Translations under genes and position numbers: made by a program
Shown: positions 54,363 through 62,991 of the stretch, in pieces
How positions within the stretch are numbered: position 1 is the first letter of the stretch
Layout of the letters: each line of letters opens with the position of its first letter
The notes under the pieces: model-generated
The model's database searches: none
Seen by the model: only the letters and a program-made list of their open reading frames with translations
What the model was told of the DNA's origin: nothing
Assembly: GCA_965204575.1 (NCBI GenBank)
Contig: OZ241993.1
Location: 864,001 to 928,000 of the forward strand
Length of the DNA stretch: 64,000 nt
Direction of reading: 5' to 3'
DNA from: an uncultured candidatus Porisulfidus sp.
GTDB lineage: Bacteria > Pseudomonadota > Gammaproteobacteria > Poriferisulfidales > Poriferisulfidaceae

Positions 54363-54638
54363 ATGAATAACCATATCAGAATAGTTGCGCTCTACCTGTT
54401 GGTTCTTGCTGGCCATCCTGCCTTTGCGGATGATGCTGAAGAAAAGAGAGATGCGTTCTATGAGAGACTTTCATATGACAGGCAGGCGATGTGCCATTTG
54501 ATGGCAAAGGAGATACATTGGAGGTACTCGACTCCTAACGCGAAAAGTCTTTTGGTCTATGACAAATTAGCTCCGGCATTCTGCAAATGGTGCAAGGACT
54601 TGGACAAGGATCACTATCGGGCGGTCTGCCCAAAATAA
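54363..54638 (+). CDS. Small putative secreted protein with four Cys
   Basis: Signal-peptide-like MNNHIRIVALYLLVLAGHPAFA followed by a charged domain containing CKWC; AAGGG upstream. Confidence 0.5.
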   Translation: MNNHIRIVALYLLVLAGHPAFADDAEEKRDAFYERLSYDRQAMCHLMAKEIHWRYSTPNAKSLLVYDKLAPAFCKWCKDLDKDHYRAVCPK

Positions 54639-54670
54639 CGGCCAAATTTCGGTTGTAGTAGACTGAAAAG

Positions 54671-54904
54671 ATGAAAATCATGCTTAATGGCTATTTCTGG
54701 TCCCATAAGAAGGCCGGGGAGAATGAAGGGGCATGGTCGTGTGACGAATTGCCTCGTATATCAATAGTGAGTTACAAGGAGGGAAATAGTTTCAATCTTT
54801 ATATTGATGGAACGATTTTTCTGGGGTGTTTTAGTGCCTTGAGTGGGGCAACAGCAGAAGCGGTGAATATCAACAATAATTTGAGTGGACAATTTGCCGA
54901 ATAG
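54671..54904 (+). CDS. Small hypothetical protein
   Basis: 77-aa ORF following the previous one; no recognised motif. Confidence 0.35.
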   Translation: MKIMLNGYFWSHKKAGENEGAWSCDELPRISIVSYKEGNSFNLYIDGTIFLGCFSALSGATAEAVNINNNLSGQFAE

Positions 54905-55202
54905 GTGCTGGCTGCCCGCAATACCCAAGCATCAGCGAAATCCGTTATCCAGCGAAGCGATATTGTGCAAAGTCTCAATAGCACGTCTGGTTTGCTCTTA
55001 TCATCCTCCGATGATTAATGCTTGGATGTTAGGGCCGTTTCTCTTCATAGAGGAGCCTCTTATCATTACCATTCCCGCGACAGTTTTCAGCATCATCGGT
55101 TCCACCTCCGGTGCGCTCGTAGTGATGCGCAGTCTTAGGGTCGGCGACTTATCCGGGAGGCTTTGATATTTGTGCGACTGCCGGGGCGCATCAATGGTTC
55201 GG

Positions 55203-55931
55203 ATGATGAAGTCGCACACCCTGTTCGTCTCCGACCTGCATCTGGACGCCAGTCGTCCGGCCCAGATGCAGGAATTCGTGCGTTTTCTGAAGAACGAGGC
55301 CCATCAGGCGCAGGCTCTGTACATCCTGGGCGACCTGTTCGAGTTCTGGATCGGCGACGATGATCCCGCCGAAGGGCTGGACGAGGTGATCGATGCGCTT
55401 CAGGGGCTGACTGCGCAGGGTGTTTCCGTGAAATTCCTGCACGGCAACCGGGATTTCCTCTTGGGGGCCGATTTTGCCCGCCGGACCGGGATCGAGATCC
55501 TTCCGGCCCGTCAGGTGGTCGACCTGCATGGCATCCCCACCTTGATCGAACATGGTGACCTGCTGTGCACGGATGACGTGGCCTACCAGCGCTACCGCCG
55601 GCGCATCCGCCATCCGGTCACGATGGCGCTGCTCGGAAACCTGCCCCGCTCATGGAGGCTGAGAATGGGTCAGCGCCTGCGCCGGATCAGCACCCAGGCG
55701 ATCGCGGGGAAATCCCCGGACATCATGGACGTAAACGAGGAGGCGGTCCGCCAGGTGATGCGCTCGGAAGGGGTATACACGATGGTGCATGGGCATACGC
55801 ACCGCCCGGCCATTCACGAATTCAAGGTGGACGAAGTGGAGGCCGTGCGGGCCGTGCTTGGGGACTGGTACGAACAGGGCAGCTGGCTGGTGGCCGATGC
55901 CGACGGCCTGCACCCGCAGTCGGCAACTTGA
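55203..55931 (+). CDS. lpxH: UDP-2,3-diacylglucosamine hydrolase
   Basis: FVSDLHL, LGDLFEFWIGDD, HGNRDFL, HGDLLCTDD..YQ, HGHTHRP, LGDW. Confidence 0.95.
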   Translation: MMKSHTLFVSDLHLDASRPAQMQEFVRFLKNEAHQAQALYILGDLFEFWIGDDDPAEGLDEVIDALQGLTAQGVSVKFLHGNRDFLLGADFARRTGIEILPARQVVDLHGIPTLIEHGDLLCTDDVAYQRYRRRIRHPVTMALLGNLPRSWRLRMGQRLRRISTQAIAGKSPDIMDVNEEAVRQVMRSEGVYTMVHGHTHRPAIHEFKVDEVEAVRAVLGDWYEQGSWLVADADGLHPQSAT

Positions 55932-55950
55932 ATGGACGGGTTCGGCCGGG

Positions 55951-57186
55951 TCAGGTCACGGCACCTTTGAGCGCCAGCACCACGTCCATGACGTTGGTGC
56001 CGGTCGGCCCGGTGGTGACCAGCGCGTTTACGGCATCCAGATAGCTTCCGGCATCGGCGCGCGCCAATGCCTGTTCGGCATCCAGCCCTGATTCCTGACC
56101 GTGCAGCACGGTCCCGCCGTCAACTTCTCCACCGGCATCTTCGGTCGGACCGTCCGTGCCGTCCGTGCCGCAGGCGAGCAGCCGGATACCCCTGATGCCT
56201 TCCAGCGCTGTGGCTGCCGCCAGGGCAAGGTGCTGATTGCGTCCGCCCCGCCCCGGGTTCTCGGGTAGCCGGACGGTGGTTTCGCCGCCCCAGATGTGCA
56301 CGCCTGGAGGCGTGTCCATCTGCTTTAAGTACTCCCCCAGCGCCATTCCCGTCTTCCCGGCTTCATCTTCCAGGAATTCCGGATGCCGGTGCACCGGGAA
56401 TCCAAGTTCTTCCGCCCGGCATGCTGCCGCTTCCTTGGCGTCTTCCAGCGTGGCGATGATGTGAGTCTGCAGGTGCTGGAAGGCTTCGGGCGGCGGAACC
56501 GGCATGCGCTCGGCCTTCTCGATCAGCTGGCGAGTCCCGGCGGACAGGGTCTCGGGCAGGACTTCATCGCGTACTGCGGTCAGCGGGCCGGACCCGATCA
56601 CGGCCGGGTCGTCCCCGGGCACGTCCGAAATCATCAACGCACAGGCGGGGCGTCCATCGAGATAGTGCGCGAGTCGCCCGCCCTTGATGCAGGAGATGGA
56701 ACGACGCACGGCGTTCATCTCGGTGATGGCCAGCCCCTCGGCCAGCAGCCGCTCGGTCAGTTCGCTCAGTCCTTGCAGGTCTAGGTTGGGCGCCAACACC
56801 TCGATCAGGCTGGAGGCGCCGCCTGAAATCAGCGCAAGGAAGCGGGCATCGGCGGGGGCTTCGCCCAGGAACTCCACCAGTCGCTGGCCGGCCCGGAGGC
56901 TGGCTTCTCCCGGCACCGGGTGGTCGGACTCGACGCATTCGACCTGTGAAAAGCCGCCCAGTTCGTCGTCCAGGTGTCCGTGCTTGGTGATCACCAGCCC
57001 GCGCCGGGGTGCCGGCCGTGCGCGCAGTGCACCGAGAGCCATCGCCGACGCCGCCTTTCCGAACGCGATCACGTAGTCGTACTCGACTTCCGGATGGCGA
57101 TCCAGCCATTGGGCCACGGCTTCCGTGCCGCGCACCCGGGCCAGGGAGGCTTCCAGAATGTCCTGAAGCAGTGAATCAGCGCTCAT
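55951..57186 (-). CDS. Glycerate kinase type 2 (DUF4147/MOFRL, TtuD-like)
   Basis: FGKAA, HPVP, ISGGASSL, IKGGRL, SDVPGDD..VIGSGP, GGETTV, GGRNQ, GTDGTDG, TGTNVMD. Confidence 0.9.
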   Translation of the reverse strand: MSADSLLQDILEASLARVRGTEAVAQWLDRHPEVEYDYVIAFGKAASAMALGALRARPAPRRGLVITKHGHLDDELGGFSQVECVESDHPVPGEASLRAGQRLVEFLGEAPADARFLALISGGASSLIEVLAPNLDLQGLSELTERLLAEGLAITEMNAVRRSISCIKGGRLAHYLDGRPACALMISDVPGDDPAVIGSGPLTAVRDEVLPETLSAGTRQLIEKAERMPVPPPEAFQHLQTHIIATLEDAKEAAACRAEELGFPVHRHPEFLEDEAGKTGMALGEYLKQMDTPPGVHIWGGETTVRLPENPGRGGRNQHLALAAATALEGIRGIRLLACGTDGTDGPTEDAGGEVDGGTVLHGQESGLDAEQALARADAGSYLDAVNALVTTGPTGTNVMDVVLALKGAVT

Positions 57187-57755
57187 GGCAGGATCAGCAC
57201 CAGCGTGTCGACGGACACCCGGTCGAACAATTCAATCACATCGGCGCCGCGCATGCGGATGCAGCCGATCGAGGCGGCCTGGCCGATCAGCCCTTCTTCG
57301 TGGGTTCCGTGGATGTAGATGTAGCGTTGGTAGGAGTCCACGTCGCCGTCCTTGTTGACGCCGGGTTCGAGCCCGTCCAGCCACAGGATGCGCGTCGTGA
57401 TGCATTCGCGGCCGGTGGTCCGCGGTTCCGTCTCGATCTCGGCCGCTTCCGACTGGGCGACCCGGCCCTTGAAGACCGTATGCAAGGCGGCATCGTTGCC
57501 GATGCATTCCGCAATCCGGTGCGCACCGGTCGGGGTCTTCATGCTGTCGTCCTGCCCGCCGATGCCGTAGCGGGAGGTCGAGACGGGCCAGGAACGGAGC
57601 ACTTGATCCTCCTCGAGCAGGTGCAGGGCCTGTTCACGGATGCTGACCAGGCACATCGGGCGGGACTGGCATTGCGGGAAGCGTTGGCGCGCCTCCGCCG
57701 CCCGTGCCAGGTCTTCGGCCGCGGGATCGGCCACAGGAGGCAGGGCAGGGCACAT
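57183..57755 (-). CDS. L,D-transpeptidase family (YkuD) protein
   Basis: VSTSRYG, KTPTG, ITTRILWL, IYIHGT...ASIGCIRM (His...Cys). Confidence 0.88.
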   Translation of the reverse strand: MCPALPPVADPAAEDLARAAEARQRFPQCQSRPMCLVSIREQALHLLEEDQVLRSWPVSTSRYGIGGQDDSMKTPTGAHRIAECIGNDAALHTVFKGRVAQSEAAEIETEPRTTGRECITTRILWLDGLEPGVNKDGDVDSYQRYIYIHGTHEEGLIGQAASIGCIRMRGADVIELFDRVSVDTLVLILP

Positions 57756-57758
57756 GGC

Positions 57759-59255
57759 CTAGGCTGCCCGATTTTGAGGGCTGGGGTCTCGGGTGTCGGT
57801 CCCGGAACGCCGGCGCAAGGCCAGTTCGTCCAGGTAGCCGTCCGGTACGCCGGTCACGTAATCCCCGGTAAACACGGAGCAGTCGAAATTCTGGAGTTCG
57901 GGATTTCCGTCCTGGACCGCGGCGATCAGGTCCGGCAGGTCCTGGTAGATCAGGCGGTCGGCGCCGATGGCCTCGCACACTTCGGGAATATCGCGCCCGT
58001 GCGCGATCAGCTCCTCGGCGCTCGGCATGTCGATGCCGTAGACGTTGGGGTAGCGGATCGGCGGCGAGGCGGAGCAGAAATAGACCTTTTTGGCCCCGGC
58101 GTCCCGCGCCATCTGCACGATTTCGCGCGATGTGGTGCCACGCACGATCGAATCGTCGACCAGCAGGACGTTGGTGCCTTCGTATTCGTTGCGGATCGGG
58201 TTGAGCTTGCGCCGCACGGACTGACGGCGGACCTGCGCCTCGGGCATGATGAAGGTCCGGCCGATGTAGCGGTTCTTGATGAAGCCCTCGCGGTAGGGGC
58301 GGTTCAGCCGGTAGGCCATCTCCAGCGCCGCGGTGCGGCTGGTGTCGGGGATCGGGATGACCACGTCGATGTCGTGATCGGGCCACTCCCGCAGGATCTT
58401 GTTCGCCAGGCGCTTGCCCATGCGCATCCGCGAGCGTTGCACGGAAACCCCGTTCATCACCGAATCCGGCCGGGCGAAGTAGACGTACTCGAAGATGCAG
58501 GGCGCATAGGTTTCCCGGCTTCCGCAGATTTCGCTGTGCACCGTGCCGTCCAGGCCGATGAACAGGGCCTCGCCGGGCGCGAGGTCGCGCTCCAGGGTGA
58601 AGCCCAGCATGTCCAGCGCGACGCTCTCGGAAGCGACGATATGTTCCGGTCCCCCGCCGGTGTCCCGGGTGCCGTACACCAGCGGGCGGATGCCATAGGG
58701 GTCGCGAAACGCCAGGACCCCCCAGTCGGCGACCAGGCACACCGCCGCGTACGCGCCGATGCAGCGACGGTTGACCCCCCGAACGGCCTGGAACAGTTCC
58801 TTCGGGTCGCGTGCGGTCGATTCGGGCCGGGCCAGCAGTTCGTGCGCGAGGACGTTGAGCAGGATCTCGGAGTCGGATTCCGTGTTGATGTGGCGCCGGT
58901 CTTCGCGGAACAGTTCCTGCCGCAGCGCTTCGGTGTTCACCAGGTTGCCGTTGTGCCCCAGCGCGATGCCGTAGGGAGAGTTGACGTAAAGCGGCTGCGC
59001 TTCTTCGGACTTTTCCGTCCCGGCGGTGGGGTAGCGCAGATGGCCGATGCCGGCTTCGCCGCGCAGGCGCAGCAGCCTCTTGCCGCGGAACACGTCGCGG
59101 ACCAGGCCGTTGCCCCGCAGTTGATGCAGCCGCCCCTCGCGGTCGTAGGTGGTCAGCCCCGCGGCGTCCTGGCCCCGGTGCTGCAGCACGTTCAACCCTT
59201 CATGCAGGTCCTGTGCGACGGGTCGATGGCTGACAATGCCGATCAATCCACACAT
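57759..59255 (-). CDS. purF: Amidophosphoribosyltransferase
   Basis: N-terminal MCG, QHRGQDAAG, HLRYPTAG, CIFEYVYFARPDS, LVDDSIVRGTT. Confidence 0.97.
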   Translation of the reverse strand: MCGLIGIVSHRPVAQDLHEGLNVLQHRGQDAAGLTTYDREGRLHQLRGNGLVRDVFRGKRLLRLRGEAGIGHLRYPTAGTEKSEEAQPLYVNSPYGIALGHNGNLVNTEALRQELFREDRRHINTESDSEILLNVLAHELLARPESTARDPKELFQAVRGVNRRCIGAYAAVCLVADWGVLAFRDPYGIRPLVYGTRDTGGGPEHIVASESVALDMLGFTLERDLAPGEALFIGLDGTVHSEICGSRETYAPCIFEYVYFARPDSVMNGVSVQRSRMRMGKRLANKILREWPDHDIDVVIPIPDTSRTAALEMAYRLNRPYREGFIKNRYIGRTFIMPEAQVRRQSVRRKLNPIRNEYEGTNVLLVDDSIVRGTTSREIVQMARDAGAKKVYFCSASPPIRYPNVYGIDMPSAEELIAHGRDIPEVCEAIGADRLIYQDLPDLIAAVQDGNPELQNFDCSVFTGDYVTGVPDGYLDELALRRRSGTDTRDPSPQNRAA

Positions 59256-59260
59256 GGCGG

Positions 59261-59878
59261 CTACTCGGGCAGTGCCTCCGAGAGGGTCTCGGAGACCGTT
59301 TCGGAGACCGTTTCGGCCAGCGTCTCGGTAGAACCCGGGTAGTGGAACAGGTCCTGCCAGTCCTCGGGCATCCACTCGACAACCTGCTGGGCAGCCTCGA
59401 CAAAGTAGGGGATCAGCGTTGACTCTTGCCAGAACCCTGCTTCGGGAATCGCGGTGGTACCGGCGATCAGCACCAGCACCAGCACCAGCAGGCCGCCGCG
59501 CAGCAGCCCGAACAGGAACCCCATGACCCGGTCGCTGCGCTGCAGGACGCCGCTGCCCTTGTCCTTGGCCATCTGGGCGAACAGTCGGTGCAGTTGCGAC
59601 ACCACGACGAAGGTGAGGAGGAACAATACGATCCCGGCGACCGGCGCGTGAAACTCGGTGAGGCCATAGGTGCGCTCGCCCAAGGTGACCTCGTCGAATA
59701 TCTCGGGTACGAACTGCGCACCGAACTCGGCGAACTGGAAGGCCACGACGAGCCCCACCACCCAGGCCAGGATGGTGACCAGTTCCTCGGCGAAACCGCG
59801 CAGCCAGCTCAGGATGCCGGAGATCAGGATGATCAATGCGATCATCACGTCAACCAGGGTGGCGCCGAGAATGGTCAT
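59261..59878 (-). CDS. cvpA: CvpA family membrane protein
   Basis: LRGFAEE, DRVMGFLFGLLRG, WQESTLIP; dedD-cvpA-purF synteny. Confidence 0.9.
   Translation of the reverse strand: MTILGATLVDVMIALIILISGILSWLRGFAEELVTILAWVVGLVVAFQFAEFGAQFVPEIFDEVTLGERTYGLTEFHAPVAGIVLFLLTFVVVSQLHRLFAQMAKDKGSGVLQRSDRVMGFLFGLLRGGLLVLVLVLIAGTTAIPEAGFWQESTLIPYFVEAAQQVVEWMPEDWQDLFHYPGSTETLAETVSETVSETLSEALPE
59279..59326 (-). repeat. Four 12-bp coding repeats (ETLA-ETVS-ETVS-ETLS) at the CvpA C-terminus
   Basis: The + strand reads ...gtctcggagaccgtttcggagaccgtttcggccagcgtctc. Confidence 0.7.
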
Positions 59879-60363
59879 GGCTGCCGGACGACCCAGCCCT
59901 GGTGCACTTCGGTAAGGTTTTTCTTGGCCTTGATGCCTTTCAGCACGTGTTCAGCTTCCTGCTGGCTGGGATAGGGGCCGACCCAGATTCGCTGGTGGGT
60001 CTTGCCGTCGGGCGCGTCCTTCTCGAACAGGTTGGTGCGGTAGCCCGCCTCGCGCATGGCGTCGCGGATCTCGGTGGCCTTAGCGGCGTTCTGGAATCGG
60101 CCGACCTGGATAAACCACTTGTCCTTCGGCGCCAGAGCGGCAGCTTCTCCGGCATCCGGGCCGGGCATGGCCCGGGTCTCCGGCGCATTCATGTCGGCGG
60201 GGAACGTTTGGTGGGTGAAGACCAGTTCCTTCGGCGCGGCGACATCCTGCAGCGGCCGGACCAAGTCGGGACGCTGCGTGTCAAGCAGCATCGGGATCAC
60301 TAGAACCCCAATGAGAATGAGCAAAACGGCGCCGAGGAGCCGTTGTTTGAGTGCGAGTTCCAA
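59875..60363 (-). CDS. dedD: DedD-like SPOR domain cell division protein
   Basis: LKQRLLGAVLL TM anchor; SPOR motifs WFIQVGRF and RIWVGPY. Confidence 0.85.
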   Translation of the reverse strand: MELALKQRLLGAVLLILIGVLVIPMLLDTQRPDLVRPLQDVAAPKELVFTHQTFPADMNAPETRAMPGPDAGEAAALAPKDKWFIQVGRFQNAAKATEIRDAMREAGYRTNLFEKDAPDGKTHQRIWVGPYPSQQEAEHVLKGIKAKKNLTEVHQGWVVRQP

Positions 60364-60506
60364 CGCCAGAAGTCGGGAGCTGTCGCGGGGAGGACATTAT
60401 AGCCTTTTAGCAGGGTTTTTGCCGGTTCTTGGGTTGTTTACAAAGATGCTTTGCATCTAAGTACTGCGCTGATGGTGTGCTCTTTAGAGCCAAGGCAGAC
60501 AAGAAT

Positions 60507-60531
60507 TGTAGTTATGTTAATGTAGTTACAT
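60507..60531. promoter_or_regulatory. Candidate TA autoregulatory operator
   Basis: TGTAGTTA occurs at 60507 and 60521; the second copy lies in the near-palindrome ATGTA-gt-TACAT. Confidence 0.45.
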
Positions 60532-60533
60532 AA

Positions 60534-60603
60534 ATGACACGAGTCGTCAAGGCCCGAAAAGCATGGCCCACAAGCAAAACACCATGAAGAAGAAAATTTC
60601 TGA
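60534..60603 (+). pseudogene. Vestige of a brnT toxin gene
   Basis: ATG-T-RVVKARKA followed, after a frameshift, by PQAKHHEEENF*. This resembles the BrnT C-terminus (RIISARKA...YE) and overlaps the brnA ATG. Confidence 0.45.
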
Positions 60604-60865
60604 AAAACTTACCAAGCAACAAAAGAGGGAGATTGCGGCCCTTGCCGAAGAAGAGATTGATACGAGCGATATCCCTGAAATTCTGGATTGGTCTGGTGCC
60701 AAGCGCGGATTGCTGTATCGGCCGGTGAAGCAGCAGATCACGCTGAGGCTGGATGCCGATGTAATTGCATGGTTTAAGGCAAATGCGCCCGGGGGACGGG
60801 GATACCAGACTGAGATAAATCGTGTCCTCCGCGAATATGCCAGACCAGCCTTCAAGCGAAAATAA
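60584..60865 (+). CDS. BrnA family antitoxin
   Basis: IDTSDIPE, YRPVKQQITLRLDADVIAWFK, GYQTEIN. Confidence 0.9.
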   Translation: MKKKISEKLTKQQKREIAALAEEEIDTSDIPEILDWSGAKRGLLYRPVKQQITLRLDADVIAWFKANAPGGRGYQTEINRVLREYARPAFKRK

Positions 60866-60899
60866 CGATCAGATTTTGATTCGTGGTGCGTCAATTTTT

Positions 60900-61787
60900 T
60901 CAGTCCCTGTTTCTCAAGCCAAGGGCATGTAGCCAGGCATCAATTTGCCCGAATGCATCCTGCTGCCACTGATCGGGAGTCCTGCTTTGCAACGCACGGG
61001 TTCCCTCAACAAACTTTCTTACTGAAGTCGGTCCAAAACCATCGACCGTTTCGAACTTCTCGTCGATTGTCGTATAACTGTTTCTGCCATCTTCATGCTC
61101 CAGCATTGGTCTACAGGCTTTAGCCAGCGCGTTGGGGCCGCCTGGATAATTGCGGATACAGTAGTAGATATCGTAAGCATCTTTCATCTTCAGCCGATTG
61201 CCGAGCGCGAAGCCTTTCATCACAAGAAATGCGGGAATGGATGCGGCTGCGATGCGGACGCGGTTGATGCCGCCTTCGGGCATAGGGCCATCAATGTCAA
61301 TCATTTCAAAAAACTGCAAGGCGAGTTTGGCACCATCAGCTCTTTGGGCAGCGAAGCCGTCAATTAGTGGGGGCCGGTTTGGCACGATGTCAGCATCTTT
61401 TGGCATCAGGAAATCAACAACGATACTGATAGATGTGCCGCCATCTTTTGGCTGAATTCGCCGCACGAGTTGAAACTTCGCCCGCTTTTTATCCTGGGTA
61501 TAGCCATGTTCAATCAGATCGGTAAGCAACTCCACATATTCGCCATTGCCAAGCGCTTCCGCATCAAGGACAAGATCAGCATCGGTTGTGCCGACATGTT
61601 GCATGTCTTTGCTGTTGAGGAGCAACCAAGGGATCGCCCCACCTATGACTACGAATTTACCCCTGAAACTACCAAGAATCTGCCCGATCTCGACGAGGAC
61701 AGATTTCACCGCCTCGGTTGTGCGGTCGTCATAATCAGCTGCTGATAGCGGTTCGCCGTCACGGAGGTCATTGCGTTTTATTGCCAC
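60900..61787 (-). CDS. AbiEii-like nucleotidyltransferase (type IV TA toxin-like)
   Basis: VVIGGAIP, HVGTTDADL, VDFL, MKGFAL...KDAYDIYY; GTG start overlaps the upstream gene end. Confidence 0.75.
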   Translation of the reverse strand: MAIKRNDLRDGEPLSAADYDDRTTEAVKSVLVEIGQILGSFRGKFVVIGGAIPWLLLNSKDMQHVGTTDADLVLDAEALGNGEYVELLTDLIEHGYTQDKKRAKFQLVRRIQPKDGGTSISIVVDFLMPKDADIVPNRPPLIDGFAAQRADGAKLALQFFEMIDIDGPMPEGGINRVRIAAASIPAFLVMKGFALGNRLKMKDAYDIYYCIRNYPGGPNALAKACRPMLEHEDGRNSYTTIDEKFETVDGFGPTSVRKFVEGTRALQSRTPDQWQQDAFGQIDAWLHALGLRNRD

Positions 61788-62848
61788 GTCAGGACCTCTC
61801 GCCTCAAGTGCTCGGCTGCTTCCTCGCCTCGATCTCCGGAAATCCACAGATCAAGGTAGGTCTGGACCGGATTCGTGCAAACCACGTTTGGCATAGGCTC
61901 CACCGAGTTTGCAAGCAAGCCCTGATTCTTTAAGATGAGAACTTCGACGTTTTCTCCCTTGTCAACGAGAGACGCATCAAGCACATCCTTGATTCGGGCG
62001 GCTCCCTTCCTGTCAGCATAGAAGTAGTGGGTGCCTGTCCGGGCGTAAGGCGCAATCCAAAGTGCGGCCGAAAAAGACGCGAATGCGGTGTGGCAGTCAA
62101 ACAGCGGCGCCGAGAATATCTCTTTGGTGGCTTTCTCGAAGGCCGATCCATGGAGATGGGTATAAAACTTTTCGATGCTGCCGGACGGGCGGGAATAGAT
62201 TTCACGCCACGCGTTCAGCAGTGAATCAGGGTCGGCAAGAGCCATGCCGTCGTCCCCGATTTCCACCCACTTGCGTTCCAGCAACAATTTGCGGACGTTA
62301 CTGACCTGGCCGAGGCTGGATTCTGCGGCCTCGGCGAGTTCCGCTACCCGCCAGGTACGCTTCGAATCACTGAGCATGACGTGCAGGATTTCTGCTGCCT
62401 TCGGGCTGAACAGCGACTTCAGTGCTCGCTTCTCTGAGGCAGGCCGTCCCGGGACACTGACGTCGATCAGAATCCCTGGGGCCTGAAAGAATGCATTTCC
62501 ATGGAGGTCGAGATAGTTAATGCCATATTCGCCACAGATCTCGCGGGACTTTTCCGAGAGAAAAGGGGCGATCAGAACAGGCAACGCATCGATATCCATG
62601 CGAGCAATGGCATCGTGGAGTTGCAATGCGCCATGGTGTGCGTGGCGCGGTTCACCGTTGCTTTTCACCTCGCAGACAATCTTGTAGGGCTGGTTGAAGG
62701 CACGAATTGATACAAGAAAATCCACGTAGCGGTTAGTGCCGCTAACGCATGCCCCGGCGTCAATCTTGTCGACTTTAATTTCTGGATTACGGCTGAACAA
62801 GTTTTGCAAGCTCTCAACAGCCAGTGCCATGATGTCTATCTCTTTCAT
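61778..62848 (-). CDS. AbiEi-like antitoxin / transcriptional regulator
   Basis: N-terminal VDF...CEVK, YLDLHGNA, wHTH WRVAELAEAAESSLGQVS, LLNAW, PVQTYLDL...RGEEAAEHL. Confidence 0.75.
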   Translation of the reverse strand: MKEIDIMALAVESLQNLFSRNPEIKVDKIDAGACVSGTNRYVDFLVSIRAFNQPYKIVCEVKSNGEPRHAHHGALQLHDAIARMDIDALPVLIAPFLSEKSREICGEYGINYLDLHGNAFFQAPGILIDVSVPGRPASEKRALKSLFSPKAAEILHVMLSDSKRTWRVAELAEAAESSLGQVSNVRKLLLERKWVEIGDDGMALADPDSLLNAWREIYSRPSGSIEKFYTHLHGSAFEKATKEIFSAPLFDCHTAFASFSAALWIAPYARTGTHYFYADRKGAARIKDVLDASLVDKGENVEVLILKNQGLLANSVEPMPNVVCTNPVQTYLDLWISGDRGEEAAEHLRREVLTWQ

Positions 62849-62991
62849 CTAAAATTATCAATTCGGCGAACGTTGAAAACACATTATATAGCGAAAAGAG
62901 TAATAGACCAAATGCCGTAGGGCGTACTTAAATTAGCTTCTTTACGGGCAGAAGACCATCTACCCTGGATCAGTTGAAATTCAGGAATTGC

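Larger units (their letters stand above)
52640..55165. other. Low-GC islet of short orphan ORFs between ftsH and lpxH
   Basis: Compositional drop and low coding density; boundaries approximate. Confidence 0.55.
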
